A stretch of 62,154 nt of DNA, the filler included, from Hausera hauseri (taxonomy: Eukaryota): the NCBI GenBank assembly GCA_046269625.1. It is 10 parts of 10 records of this genome, joined end to end, with 100 filler letters (N's around TTAATTAATTAA, not from the genome) between each part and the next. Parts side by side here need not be neighbours in the genome. Positions count along the whole stretch, not along the records: positions 23,937 to 32,685 come from JBJURY010547674.1; positions 32,786 to 38,892 come from JBJURY010139760.1; 8 more parts are not named here. The stretch is one strand, 5' to 3'. Positions 27,301 to 38,992 of this stretch are shown piece after piece. The stretch's first letter is position 1, and every line of letters starts with the position of its first letter. The position numbers were made by a program, and so were the translations under genes. The notes beneath the pieces are model-generated. The model was not told the DNA's origin, searched no databases, and saw nothing but the letters and a program-made list of their open reading frames with translations.

Positions 27301-29400
27301 GTATTATCCTTTTGTATCACGTGTAAAGGTGATGACCAAGGTGATTTGGATTGGCGTACTATGCCGGAGCGTTCTAGCTCGAGAAATTCGGCTTCTACGG
27401 CGAGGTGACAGAGGCCGTACCTTTTGGCGTATTGGACGTTTATGCTGTTACTATATAGTGTAAGGTGCTATTGGCAGGAGTAAAAGTACGATTTTCTTGA
27501 AGTACGCGTGGACATGATTCGTTTATGAATTGCTGTAACGTTGTAGGTAGCTGAGAGAATCGGTGAAAGTGGTGGAACGGTTTGAGAAGTAGCAGATGCG
27601 ATATGTGAGTTGTTAGGTGACGTGCAGTCAAGTGGTATTTGGTGTAAGATGGTTGAATTGAAAATGGTGTTGGCTGAGGTATTTTCGTCGAATAAGTTAG
27701 CGTTGGTGGCAGTACTACAATTATCTACCTTAAACTTCAATCGGGTATCTATATGATTATTTACAAATTTGCGAATAGAATTATTAAAAAAATTCGAATT
27801 AATCAGACTTTTTAAGATTGACTTCCGCATTCCGGTCGACTGCGCGCTAGTCGAAACGCTATTTACATGTCCAGAAATGCTGCCAGTGGTGCCGTTCCTC
27901 AAACATCGCTGGCTGCAGTCAACCAGTAGGTTATAGTGTGAGAGAAAGTCAGATCCTGGGTTTGCCGACTGGACGTTAGCGACTGTGAACGTCCAGCGGA
28001 AAGATGTAGAGAAATTTGCTAGAGTGAAAGACAATGTAGCCGTGCCCGAGATGCGCAGCGGCTGGTTTGAAGCAGTATATAAAGGCCTGATTTTGAAAGG
28101 AGTTTTGTGTAGAAAAGGTTTGCGGTAATAGAGAAATGGCTGCCCCTGTATCAATAAGAAAGTCAAGAGATTGAGTTGTAGGGGCAGTAATTGCGGCTTT
28201 TAGCGTGAAGACTGCGAAAGAGACATGTCGGCGTTTAGAGTTTGAAGGAGTGCCTTCGCCAGAGGTTGCCGTGACTTCTGGCGGCGAAGTTTTTTGGAAA
28301 AGAAGTGGGACGACTGTTTGAAGTGAAGGCAGTACGTCCGTCTTTCGTATTGGATTTGAAGGTACAGCCGGGGATACATTTACATGCTTGATTTTTGAAT
28401 CTCGCATGGTAAATGCAAACAACGGTGCTCGAGAAAATTCACTATTGTAAAATTGGCAACCCAGGCAGCACTTCTGAGCATTCGTGTTGAATCTGCTGTG
28501 GTAGTAGCAGATCGACGAACGCGCAGGCGATGGTGAGCGGTTTCGTGACGTAGAACGGGCACGTGAAGCGACAAAACTCCCTCGTCGAAACAAAGACAAT
28601 TCATTTAATTTATTATTTATGTAGTTGATAGTTGACTGCAATGCAATATTTTCAGCACGTAGCTGATTTAGCTGCTGTTCTATGGGCGTTTTAGTTGTTT
28701 TTATGTCGTTAGCAGCAACTGCTGCTGAATCTACGGGTTGCGAATTTATGTTGAAGACATCGTATGTCCTATAGGCCAATTCGGCCAATTTTTCAAGCTG
28801 CGTGGAGTCTCCTACCACGGTAAAACGGTCCAGATTTGGATATGAAGGGCATTCAGAAAATAATGGCGTAGAAGTAGGGATTATGTTCCTTAGTTACTCT
28901 AAGAGTACGCAAGTGTGCTAGTAAAGTGCGTAAGAAGTCGCTAGGTTTTTGTGTGCCCAGCGCATTTTCTTTGAAGAAACGCTGCATTATGGAGTGAATG
29001 GAAGGTTCGGTTTGTTTTAATACAGCGTCGCATTATTGGGTATAAGGATCAGGGTGTATGTAGGCTTTTATGGAATTTGGAAGATAGAGTAAGCTATGGG
29101 CTTTAGATAGGAAATCTGTGATACCATTAGCCTGTAACCACAGTTCATGAAAGTGAAGCCACGTTTTACTGGATTTTTCGTTATCGATGAAGTAGTCAGT
29201 GCAATGTGTAGAAGTATGAACTGGGTTTTTGTTGGAAGAGTTTGCGTCGGTTAAAATAGGTGTGTGATTTGGTCTGGTGTAGTAGAGAATAGGTATTGGT
29301 TTTTTTGTGGTGGTTGTATCCGTGGTGTCAGTGGTTGGTGGGGAATTCATTCCAACACGGATACGGAGGTGGATGTTGAAGGAAGCGTGATTTGAAAAGG
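24340..29400 (-). mobile_element. Ty3/Gypsy LTR retrotransposon (CsRn1-like), gag-PR-RT-RH-IN, degenerate; PPT 24469-24477, 3' LTR starts at 24465
   Basis: Gag CYYHSRFNTNAQKC, PR FLIDTGA, RT DAYPLP/IDLAKTYHQIP/MPFGLRNAAQTFQR, IN HIDIVGP..TDQGPQFES..YHPQSNGLLERFHR. GGGGAGGGG-TAA-TGTAGTGCC on the minus strand. Confidence 0.92.
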
Positions 29401-30889
29401 AAGGTAAAGTCTAGTTCAGGTGGATGATGGTACCTTAATGGCTAAGATAGAAGTCAGAAGAACCAAGGATAGAATGGTGGGTTTGAAAGGTGGAGATATG
29501 CGGGTGTGTAGTATGGAGGGTATATATGTGAATGTTATTATAAAAAAAGAAAAAGGAAATAGGAGTAGTGAGCCTGGGGGCGTGACCCGGGGCTGACGTC
29601 GAAGGTGCCCCCTACCGACCAGCTCAGGGTTGGCGGTCGGGACCTCCGTCTTGACGGGGCGCGCAGCAAAATGCGGGTTATCCGAGTTTCCCCTCAAACC
29701 GCGCAAAGTATTCGGTAGATACGTGAGGTTGTTTACTTGTTGTTGCACGTTTTGTAGCGGTAATATTGGATTATGGAACGAATGGAGTGAACACATAGGG
29801 GTCAATGGGTGTAATGTCAGATAAATCGGAGACCTAATTCTTCCAACAGCTGTTAATTTACATATACGCTAAGGAATTCTGAGCGTTATTTGGATAAATA
29901 ATTTATACTTTTCGATGAATTTTTGTGTTTTGTGAATTTTCTAATAAAGAGGTCAACTGCTTGAAAAATATTTCCTCATCTTTATGAAATCAATCGGTGG
30001 TCGTATAGTCTATCTTGTCAACAAATTGGACATGATTAGTGTGAACCCAGCAAGGTAAATCAAACTTATCGTTGGAATGTCTTGAATTTTTTAATAAATT
30101 ACTTGATGAGCTGCTTGAGACATCTAATTGTAGATTATGTTTTTGCTAAAGCCTTTAATTCACATTTTTTGAGTAAAGGTAGCATGAGAATATTTCCGGT
30201 AATAAACTTGTGGGGAACCTGTCTAACGCGTATTGATACATATTCATACATTTCAATTCGCGTATCCTTTCGTTTACTAAGCAATGTAATATTCGTCTTA
30301 CCGATTAGATTGTCGCCAGTCCCGTTGTTCGTCAGCGAACACGATAGCTCATCGCAGAGTCTCCTCAGCCAATAGTTCACATTGGAACTGCGATCGCCAA
30401 ACGAAATATCCACATCTGGGCTGTAATCCGTGGTGACCGCCTGCAGCGTCTGAACGGACAAACTCGCCGATTTCCGGAGCCGTCTCAAATGATCAGTCGC
30501 TGGTAAATCGGCATCGACGTTTTTGTCGATGAGGTCGTCAAATTGTGTAACGGTCGATTCAAATAGCGTTTTACGTTCCATGAGTAAGATGAAATTGGTA
30601 CTGTTGAAATTCAGTTTCAATCCGTACTGGTTCAACGTTACGGTCAACGTGTAAATATTTGTCAGGATATGGCACCGGATTTTGACGCACCATTCGGAAA
30701 ACCAAAGCATTTTGTCGCATATCAAATGCGTAATTGTGGTATAAAAGAACTGCGCTATCATAATCCTATGGATCTGATTCCATACTACCGCATCCCGCCA
30801 GCGACACGAGCAAACTGACGGATGCGGATTGCGGCCTAGGAGATGAATTGACCAAATTGTCGTTGTTTCTCAAGATAATACTTTCCTAC

Positions 30890-31500
30890 TTTGGCAATTA
30901 TCTTTTTCAGAGCTAACTGTAGGGTAGCAAGTGTATTCGTTGAACCTTGACAAGTAAGGCCTTCCAACCCATGCCAGGAAGACGTTAGGTTGGCTTCTGT
31001 AACATCTACCACCCGATCTCTCCAAGGTAGAGCCTTTGTGTTAAGTGCGACAAAATTGACTTTTTATTTGTGTTTTAACTGTTCTAAAATTAGGCAATAA
31101 AGTTGGTCTTTTAAAAAATTAATATGCGGTTCCATGCTCGCACTTGTATCAATAAGTACACAAACATTATCTTCCGTTATAGTATCGAAAAGTTCTCTGG
31201 AACCTTGGCGAAGCCATTCTGTTCTTCTTTTAATAGCATTTAAACAAATAATCATTCTGTCACAATAAAGCCGATGAACATCAGCCGACATTTGCACGTG
31301 AACTAATGTTCTGTCCTTCCATCGTACATGAGCAAATTTATCACAATACTTCCCATTGACTAGTTTTTGATGAGCGATTAAACGTCCACCACACCATCAC
31401 ATTGTCTAAAACAAACTCCAGCAAGTAATCATATATATCAAGCTTTCTGGCTTTTAAACCGAATTTTGATAACCATTCCTTTGATGACATGTATTCTTCT
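30890..31500 (-). pseudogene. VWA3A/VWA3B-like vWA-domain gene fragment, intronless and frameshifted
   Basis: SSKEWLSKFGLKARKL, RRTEWLRQGSRELFDTITEDNVCVLIDTSASM (MIDAS DxSxS), VNFVAL..PWRDRVV..GSTNTLATLQLAL. Confidence 0.7.
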
Positions 31501-32660
31501 TGGGTAGCATGGGGACTGTCTACTCGTACAGTATAATCTGTATTTTCATATTGTGCTTTCTTCGAAGGAATTTGGTTGATAAGGTTTTGAATTTCTGTGA
31601 TTTTCAACTCGTCTCTGATTTTGAATATTGTACTTAAACGAATTTTTGTACATTGTAAAAATTCTCGAATAATATTCGAAATATTTTCCTTGGAATCACA
31701 TTTTTCATGACCAATCAAATTTTGGTTCTCAAAGTACATCATTTGACATATAAAAATGAAATCGTCTGCATTGGAGAGATTCTGATTTAATGAATAGATT
31801 GTCTCATTGCAAAATAAGCACTGTTTTGCATCTTTTATTTCGCGCGATGATTGTGCACAGTCAAATAGTATTAGCACGCGACGTGACAATAAATACGTCA
31901 TTTTAATGTTTTTGGACATATACACTTCAACATTCGGCAGGAAATCTTTATCCGAGTTTTGAACATTATATCCGAAATAAAGCAATATTGCATCTGAAAT
32001 TATGGCAATATTTTCCAAACATATTGATTGTACACGAATTAAATTATCAACATCGTACAAGGGCGTTGCATTCATTGTCGTGTATTTGCGAATATAAATT
32101 TCAATATCATCTGAATATTCAGTCAGAAAAGTATCGATTAGGTCATTGGCCATTTGTTCTTGGAATATAATTTTCCTCGTTGATTCAAACTATTTAATTT
32201 CATACATTGGTGAAAACTTTTCAGAACATTTTTTCTGTACTTCCAATGCAAAATTCAAAAACAATTTTTTATGTTGGACAAACCTTTTTAGAAAATCCGA
32301 CAATTGAATTGGCAGTGCTTTCTGTAAAAATTCTTTTACTGATATTGTCCATTGTACCTCATTTTCATTGCTGATGCATAACAAGTCAGTTGCCCGTATT
32401 CAGTCTAAAAGGCAAATAGGGTCTCGTATAAACCAGTTTTTAAACATTCAGTACAAAACAGATATTGACAGTTTGAAATATTTATCCTTTCAATATTTAA
32501 TAGATCTGCATAACAAATTTGTATGTTGAATCATCATTGGAGGCATTATTTGCTGCTTGAACGAATTCTAAAAGATTCTTTTTAAAGGAATTGAATTTAA
32601 GTTCTGCATCCTGCTTTGATTGCATCTTGAAGAAATAGCTGCAATTTCGAATATATCAAT
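31500..32660 (-). pseudogene. Unidentified decayed coding sequence fused upstream of the vWA fragment
   Basis: ORFs 31341-32153 and 32190-32384 look like broken protein-coding DNA. No motif recognised. Confidence 0.4.
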
Positions 32661-32666
32661 ATAAAG

Positions 32667-32677
32667 TTCTGACACCA
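32667..32677 (-). promoter_or_regulatory. tRNA-Leu-type primer binding site (copy 1)
   Basis: TGGTGTCAGAA is complementary to the tRNA-Leu 3' end ...TTCTGACACCA. Confidence 0.65.
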
Positions 32678-32818
32678 ATTTATAGNNNNNNNNNNNNNNN
32701 NNNNNNNNNNNNNNNNNNNNNNNNNNNNNTTAATTAATTAANNNNNNNNNNNNNNNNNNNNNNNNNNNNNNNNNNNNNNNNNNNNAATAATTTTTAAGCT
32801 AAAAACTTCTTCCAAAAT

Positions 32819-32832
32819 TGGCGTCACGAACA
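32819..32832 (+). promoter_or_regulatory. ERV primer binding site (tRNA-Lys-like)
   Basis: TGGCGTCACGAACA heads the retroviral leader and imperfectly resembles TGGCGCCCGAACA. Confidence 0.6.
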
Positions 32833-33269
32833 TTTTCCGTTGAGAGTTCGTCCCGACGACGGGGGACCGGGACGTTTGGCTGATCACCAGGAAGAAACAG
32901 TTTTTCCTCCTCCGAACCTCCGCTGTGACTTCAGGAGCGGGAGGGGCGTCCTGATTCACCGGCCGGGGACCGACTTCACACGGAACCGAACCAGGAGACA
33001 GAAAACACCCGATCGCCAGGTAAAGGAAATTTACTTTCGTTTTATAAAAGAAGTTTCGTAAGCTCTGAAAGTTAAATTAGGAGCCGAGGGTAGGTTTTTC
33101 GACAGGGAAACTGAGTTACGTCAGCGGCGTTCTGACATTTGTAGGTTTGTTCACTAATAACAAGCTGAGTGTAGGCTCGTCCACGAGACAAGTTGAGTGT
33201 AAGCGCGTTCATGTAGGAGGTGGTGCACTTTCGTTCACGATGCGCGGAGGCAGACTTGCTCACGGAGCA

Positions 33270-33465
33270 GCTGAGTTTTGTAGGTTTTGTTTATAATAAC
33301 AAGCTGAGTTTGTAGGTCCGTTTAAATAACAGACTGAGTCGTAGGTTCGTCTTGATAAAAGAGGACTGAGGATTTTATTTTAACGTAAGTTCGTCTTGAC
33401 TAAAGAGAACTGAGGATTTTATTTTAAGTAGGTTCGTCTTGCCTAAAGAGAACTGAGGATTATAT
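33270..33465 (+). repeat. Tandem repeats of about 42 bp in the ERV 5' leader
   Basis: GTAGGTTCGTCTTGACTAAAGAGAACTGAGGATTTTATTTTA-like unit x3, preceded by related shorter CTGAGT..GTAGGT units. Confidence 0.8.
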
Positions 33466-33526
33466 TTTATTTTACATAAAATTGTGATTTTAAAAACGTG
33501 TAGAAAACGTGAAAAACCAGAAAAAA

Positions 33527-35608
33527 ATGGGAGCTAAAAACACTTCCGAACCGGAGGAGGAGTATATACCGCGCGGCCCGATTGCAGATGAGATGAGACG
33601 AAAACACGGTGAATTTTGTGTCAGATTTGTGCAACAGTGGCATTATAAATTCGGATTTCCAAAACACGGCTCTTTAGAACCGGATCATATTGCACATCTT
33701 GAGGAAAATTTATTAAATCAGAAACAGAGAATGATGGCTCAGAAAAGAATCCCACAAGAACAGATTGTAACAATGCATAATCACGAGGAAGCCTTTAGAT
33801 TATGGAAAAATGAATCAAAAAATTTAATAAATAAAGCAGACTCAAAGATTATACAGATGACCCAGAAAGTGGTGGAGCTTCAGAAGAAAAAAGTGCAAAC
33901 TGAAAAACAAATACAGAAAATTAAAGACAAAGAACAACCTGAAAAGTCTGATATAAAACACAAATGTAACAAATCTTTTTCTGCCTTCTCTTCTGTCTTT
34001 GCATGTACACCGGAGAGCCAAGGACCTCATCTAACCACCCCCTCCACCTCCCTCTACCCATCACTCACTGACCTGCAGCCGCCTCCTTACACACATGAAA
34101 AAAAAGAAACACTCTCTGCACTGAGACCTGTCTGGGCTCTGTCAACCGATGATGATTATGTGGGACAACGTGCAGCTCCTGCTCCAGCACAGCTGGATCA
34201 ACCTCTTCACGGTGCAGGTGCAGCAGGACCAGATCCTCAAAGTTTATCAGGAACATCTGATCCTCAGGTAATGCAAATCACATCAACAGGTCCTCCAGCC
34301 TGGGGAACACGAGCAAAGACAGCTTCTGAGAAACAACAGATGGAGGAAAAGATTGCACAAACAGAGACTGAACTGAAAAAGGCTAAAAAAATGCTGGCCA
34401 AAGTACAAGAAGCAACAATTACACCAGGAACAAGCGCATTACACACCTCTGAGGATGAAGACTCAGAAGAAATATCACAAGATGATAACAGTTCTACTTT
34501 TCCTAAATTACAGGTCCACACTATGCCTATGCTTGAAGTTGGAGGAGCAGATGGACCGCAGCTCGTCTTCAGAACCTGGCCACTCGCTGACCTGAAAGAG
34601 CTGGCAAAACAACACCTCCCAGATCTGGCTCAGGGAGGGCTTGAAGTGGGTACAGCACTCGACCACATGGTAAGAGCCATCCGACCCACCCTCACTGAAC
34701 TCAAACTGGTTCTGTCTTCAATCTATGGCATCAACTTCATCACAAGAATAGGGCCAGAACTGTTTGATGCTGCAAACCTTCAACAGCGCCTCACTGCAGT
34801 TAATTATGATGATGCTGCAAACAATAACTACAGACAAGCCATACAAGCAATTACAACAAAAATTACTGAACAGTATGTACAAAGACCTGAGTATGGAAAG
34901 ATAACAGACACCATACAAGCAGCCCAAGAATCTCCACAAGATTACTTGGAGCGTCTGTTGCAAGTTTTTCGCACTCACTCAGGCATTCCACAGCCAAACG
35001 CAGCTGACTGGCGTTCTGCCGCACAGCCCACTGCATATGAAACCATACTGTGTCAGAACCTGATGAATGGGTTCCTCCCACCAATTAAAAAGAGCATCCA
35101 ATCCACATACATTGGATGGAAATCAGGCCTCCGCCTAGAGGAGCTGATGCGCCATGCACACCATGCATGGGAACAACACAATGCAGAAGAGGCTCAAACT
35201 CAAAGAAAGAAGATTAAACAGACTGAACAAGCTCAACTCACACTTCTTAAAGCTGCACAACAAATGACTTTAAACACACAGCCTGCACAACCAATCCCAC
35301 ACGCCTCACGCCACTTCCAGTCATATGGGCCCGACCGACCAAGTCCATTCTACCCAAATGGTCCTCAGCCATGTTTCCTCTGTGGAGGAACAGACCATTG
35401 GGCACGTGAATGTCCTTTAAAGAGAGGCCCTCCAAGAGGAAGAGGAGCCTACAGAGGCCAAAGCCGCCCACACTTGAGCCCACAGAACAGTTATCCAAGA
35501 CAAGATCCATCCCAAAGTCCACAGAGACATCAGCCCAATGCACCACAGCATGGCCACAGCTATGGCCCACCTAGAGGCAGAGACAATTACAGAGGTCATT
35601 CTACCTGA
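33527..35608 (+). CDS. gag: Gag of an epsilon-like/class I fish-type endogenous retrovirus
   Basis: MG start, PSxxLYPSL and PPPY, MHR-like QAAQESPQDYLERL, CCHC knuckle CFLCGGTDHWAREC. Ends TGA-CTAG. Confidence 0.92.
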   Translation: MGAKNTSEPEEEYIPRGPIADEMRRKHGEFCVRFVQQWHYKFGFPKHGSLEPDHIAHLEENLLNQKQRMMAQKRIPQEQIVTMHNHEEAFRLWKNESKNLINKADSKIIQMTQKVVELQKKKVQTEKQIQKIKDKEQPEKSDIKHKCNKSFSAFSSVFACTPESQGPHLTTPSTSLYPSLTDLQPPPYTHEKKETLSALRPVWALSTDDDYVGQRAAPAPAQLDQPLHGAGAAGPDPQSLSGTSDPQVMQITSTGPPAWGTRAKTASEKQQMEEKIAQTETELKKAKKMLAKVQEATITPGTSALHTSEDEDSEEISQDDNSSTFPKLQVHTMPMLEVGGADGPQLVFRTWPLADLKELAKQHLPDLAQGGLEVGTALDHMVRAIRPTLTELKLVLSSIYGINFITRIGPELFDAANLQQRLTAVNYDDAANNNYRQAIQAITTKITEQYVQRPEYGKITDTIQAAQESPQDYLERLLQVFRTHSGIPQPNAADWRSAAQPTAYETILCQNLMNGFLPPIKKSIQSTYIGWKSGLRLEELMRHAHHAWEQHNAEEAQTQRKKIKQTEQAQLTLLKAAQQMTLNTQPAQPIPHASRHFQSYGPDRPSPFYPNGPQPCFLCGGTDHWARECPLKRGPPRGRGAYRGQSRPHLSPQNSYPRQDPSQSPQRHQPNAPQHGHSYGPPRGRDNYRGHST

Positions 35609-36601
35609 CTAGAAAGGGGGAGTGGTGATGATGGTCCAGAGGCCCAAACTCCAGGTGTACATACACACACAGCTCTGAACACACCCATCTCGACTGCATA
35701 CACTTACCTTAAATACATTCAAGCAGCACACAGGAAGTTACCTATGCTGGCAGTAACAGTTGAAGGGGTCACACTAGATTTTCTGGTGGACTCAGGAGCA
35801 ACACAATCCCTTATAAGGCATGACTGTTTCCCTCATGCACCTCCCAGTGGACAGACAGTCCTCTCCACAGGAGCATCAGGATTAGCAGTCACTGAACCTT
35901 TAACTACTCACTTAACCTTGATTGATCCTTTTGATAAAACAGAACACAAACATCAGTTCTTACACTCAAAATTGTGTCCAGTTAATCTTTTAGCTAGGGA
36001 TCTGATGTTAAAAATGAACTTGACCATCTCATGCACTTCAGAAGGACTTCTGGTGTCCAAAAACATGGAAACCATGTTTTTAGAGACTCCTGACATCCTT
36101 TATGTCTATGAGTGGCTATTGACAGACCAAGACATGAACACACGCTTTGTTCAGGAAGCAAAACAAAGGCTGTTAACAACAACAGATTTTATGTCTCCAA
36201 ACAAGCTCCACTGCACAGCACACGTGACTCCTAACAACACTGATTTAGGTAGCTTGTTTATGCAAACAACACCCACTGGACTACAGATTACAGATCTGTG
36301 TTGGACTAACACTTGTTGTTTCATACTTGTACATCTAACCACTGACCAACTTGAGTTTTTCACTGTTCCAGACTCTTTCCCTCACATCTCATTAGCAAAA
36401 CACACGAGTGTCCAGTGGTCATCCATAGGCCCACACGCACTGTCTGCCTATCTAGCAACAGACTGGCAAGAGCTATGGCAAGGATGTTTCTACTCTCCTT
36501 CTTTACAGATGCACAAACAATCCATGGGTTTTCTTTCACCACACTTCTCCACTGTGGAAGTGACACCCAACCTTGAAGTGATAGATGCATCATCACAATG
36601 A
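35609..36601 (+). CDS. pro: Retroviral protease plus 2H phosphoesterase-like domain, in frame with gag
   Basis: FLVDSGA and NLLARD protease motifs, then LHCTAH and PHISL HxT/S motifs. Confidence 0.85.
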   Translation, partial: LERGSGDDGPEAQTPGVHTHTALNTPISTAYTYLKYIQAAHRKLPMLAVTVEGVTLDFLVDSGATQSLIRHDCFPHAPPSGQTVLSTGASGLAVTEPLTTHLTLIDPFDKTEHKHQFLHSKLCPVNLLARDLMLKMNLTISCTSEGLLVSKNMETMFLETPDILYVYEWLLTDQDMNTRFVQEAKQRLLTTTDFMSPNKLHCTAHVTPNNTDLGSLFMQTTPTGLQITDLCWTNTCCFILVHLTTDQLEFFTVPDSFPHISLAKHTSVQWSSIGPHALSAYLATDWQELWQGCFYSPSLQMHKQSMGFLSPHFSTVEVTPNLEVIDASSQ

Positions 36602-38892
36602 CTATCTTTGGTTAAGCTGACCATTGATGATCCACTTCTGTCTGAAGTTCCCAACACATTATGGGCTAAAACAAAATATGATGTAGGGTTAATTAAAGGT
36701 CAAGAACCAATCCACATCACACCTAAATCGTCCTACAGACCAAAAATAGCTCAGTACTCACTGAAGCCTGACGCTGTAGAGGGCATCACTCCAGTATTTT
36801 ATTCTCTTTTGGAAGCTGGTGTAATTGTTCCCTGTCCCACTTCACCAGTGCGTACACCGATCTTTCCAGTAAAGAAAATACGCCCGACACCGCCTGATGA
36901 ATGGAGATTTGTTCAAGACTTGAGAGCTGTCAATTCAGCTGTCCAGGCTCGAGCACCGATTGTTCCAAATCCTTATGTCATCTTGTCGCAAATTCCGACA
37001 GGCTCCACCCACTTTTCGGTGATTGACTTGGCAAATGCTTTCTTTTCTGTTCCTGTCCATGAGGATAGTCAGTTTTGGTTTGCTTTTGAGTTTTTAGGTA
37101 AGTCTTACACCTTCACACGCCTTTGCCAAGGTTATTGTGAGTCACCAACAATCTTTCATGGAGCACTTAATGACAGCTTGGAAGGATTTACATTACCACC
37201 TGAATGTGCTCTGTTACAATATGTTGATGACTTACTTCTGGCAGCACCAGACAAGTCTACTTGTGAGATACACACTATTCGTCTCCTGCAGTATTTGGCT
37301 CAGGAAGGACACAAAGCATCACTGTCCAAATTACAGTTTGTACAGCCTGAGGTCACTTTTCTTGGACACAAAATTACAGCTAATGGTAGGGAACTTGCGA
37401 GCACTCGCGTTGCAGCCATTGTCTCTTTACCTCTACCGGTGACAAAGAAACAACTTATGTCATTTTTAGGACTGTGTGGCTATTGTAGACATTTCATTCC
37501 TAACTATGCAGAACTCGAGGGCCCTCTTAGATCCATCTGTCATGAAAAAGGCCTACAAATGAGCTCTAAAGTTACATGGACTGATTCAGCTTTAACTGCT
37601 TTTGAGACTTTGAAAAAGCAGTTACAACAAGCACCCACCCTGGGCATTCCAGATCCACATCGTCCTTTTATCCAGACGGTGGATGAAAAAGGGGGATGCA
37701 TGACTTCAGTTTTGCTACAAAAACATGGTGACCGGCTTAAACCAGTTGCATATTTTTCAGCAAAACTTGATCCAGTAGCAGCAGGTCTACCTTTATGTTT
37801 GCGCGCTGTGGCTGCTGCAGAAAAATCAGTATTGGCCAGCAGAGACATTGTGGGATACTCTGATTTGACCTTGCTTGTACCACACTCTGTCACACACATT
37901 CTAAACGAACAAAAGACAGCTCACCTGTCTACTGCGCGATGGTTAAGGTACCACACTACATTATTGGACATGCCAAACATCACTGTTCAACGTTGCAACA
38001 TTTTGAACCCAGCTACTCTTCTTCCAGGACCAGACGATGGAACACCACATGACTGTCTTGCAGAACTTGAGATCTTATGCACTCCTAGACCTGACCTTTC
38101 ACAAGAACCTTTACAGGACCCTGACTGGGAACTTTTTGTTGACGGATCTTCTTCACGTGACCAACTCACAGGTCATGTTAAAAGTGGTTATGCTGTTGTA
38201 ACCTCTACTGACATTATTGAAGCTTTACCTCTTCCATTTTGTTCAGCACAGGCTTGTGAGCTTGTAGCTTTGACACGTGCTTGTGAATTATCTGAAAACA
38301 AATCTGTTAACATCTACACCGACTCCAGGTACGCTTTTGGTGTTGTTCATGACTTTGGAGCACTGTGGAAACACAGACGTTTTCTCCGCTCAGATGGACA
38401 CCCAATCTCAAATCACAAACTTGTATCTCGACTTTTAGATGCAATAACTCTTCCATCTTGCATTGCTGTGATCAAATGTGCAGCTCACACCAGACGTACA
38501 GACCCCATCTCAGAAGGAAATGACTTTGCAGACACAGCTGCAAAAAATGCTTCACTTTCAACCACACCTGATCCAAACACATTGTCTTTAACCACTCTCA
38601 CAGATCAAACCACTCCTTTTACAATCACTGACCTTCAGAAACACTCCACCTCAGCTGAAAGGGCTGAGTGGAAAAAATTAGGTTCCACATTCACAAATGG
38701 TGTCTGGTATGGTCCTAACACAAATCCTTGCTTACCTAAACATTTCTTCCCTACATTTGCATGTTTGACACATGGTATTGATCATGTGTCCAAAGGAGGG
38801 ATGTTAAGAGAAATCAACACACACTGGTTTACTGTGAAGTTTTTGAAAACTGCTGAACAATACTGTGACTCATGTCTGATCTGTGCCTCACA
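36602..38892 (+). CDS. pol: ERV reverse transcriptase, RNase H and start of integrase (cut off by contig end)
   Basis: WRFVQDLRAVN, IDLANAFFS, LCQGYCESP, QYVDD, FVDGSS, YTDSRY, HGIDH..CLIC. Confidence 0.95.
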
Positions 38893-38992
38893 NNNNNNNN
38901 NNNNNNNNNNNNNNNNNNNNNNNNNNNNNNNNNNNNTTAATTAATTAANNNNNNNNNNNNNNNNNNNNNNNNNNNNNNNNNNNNNNNNNNNN

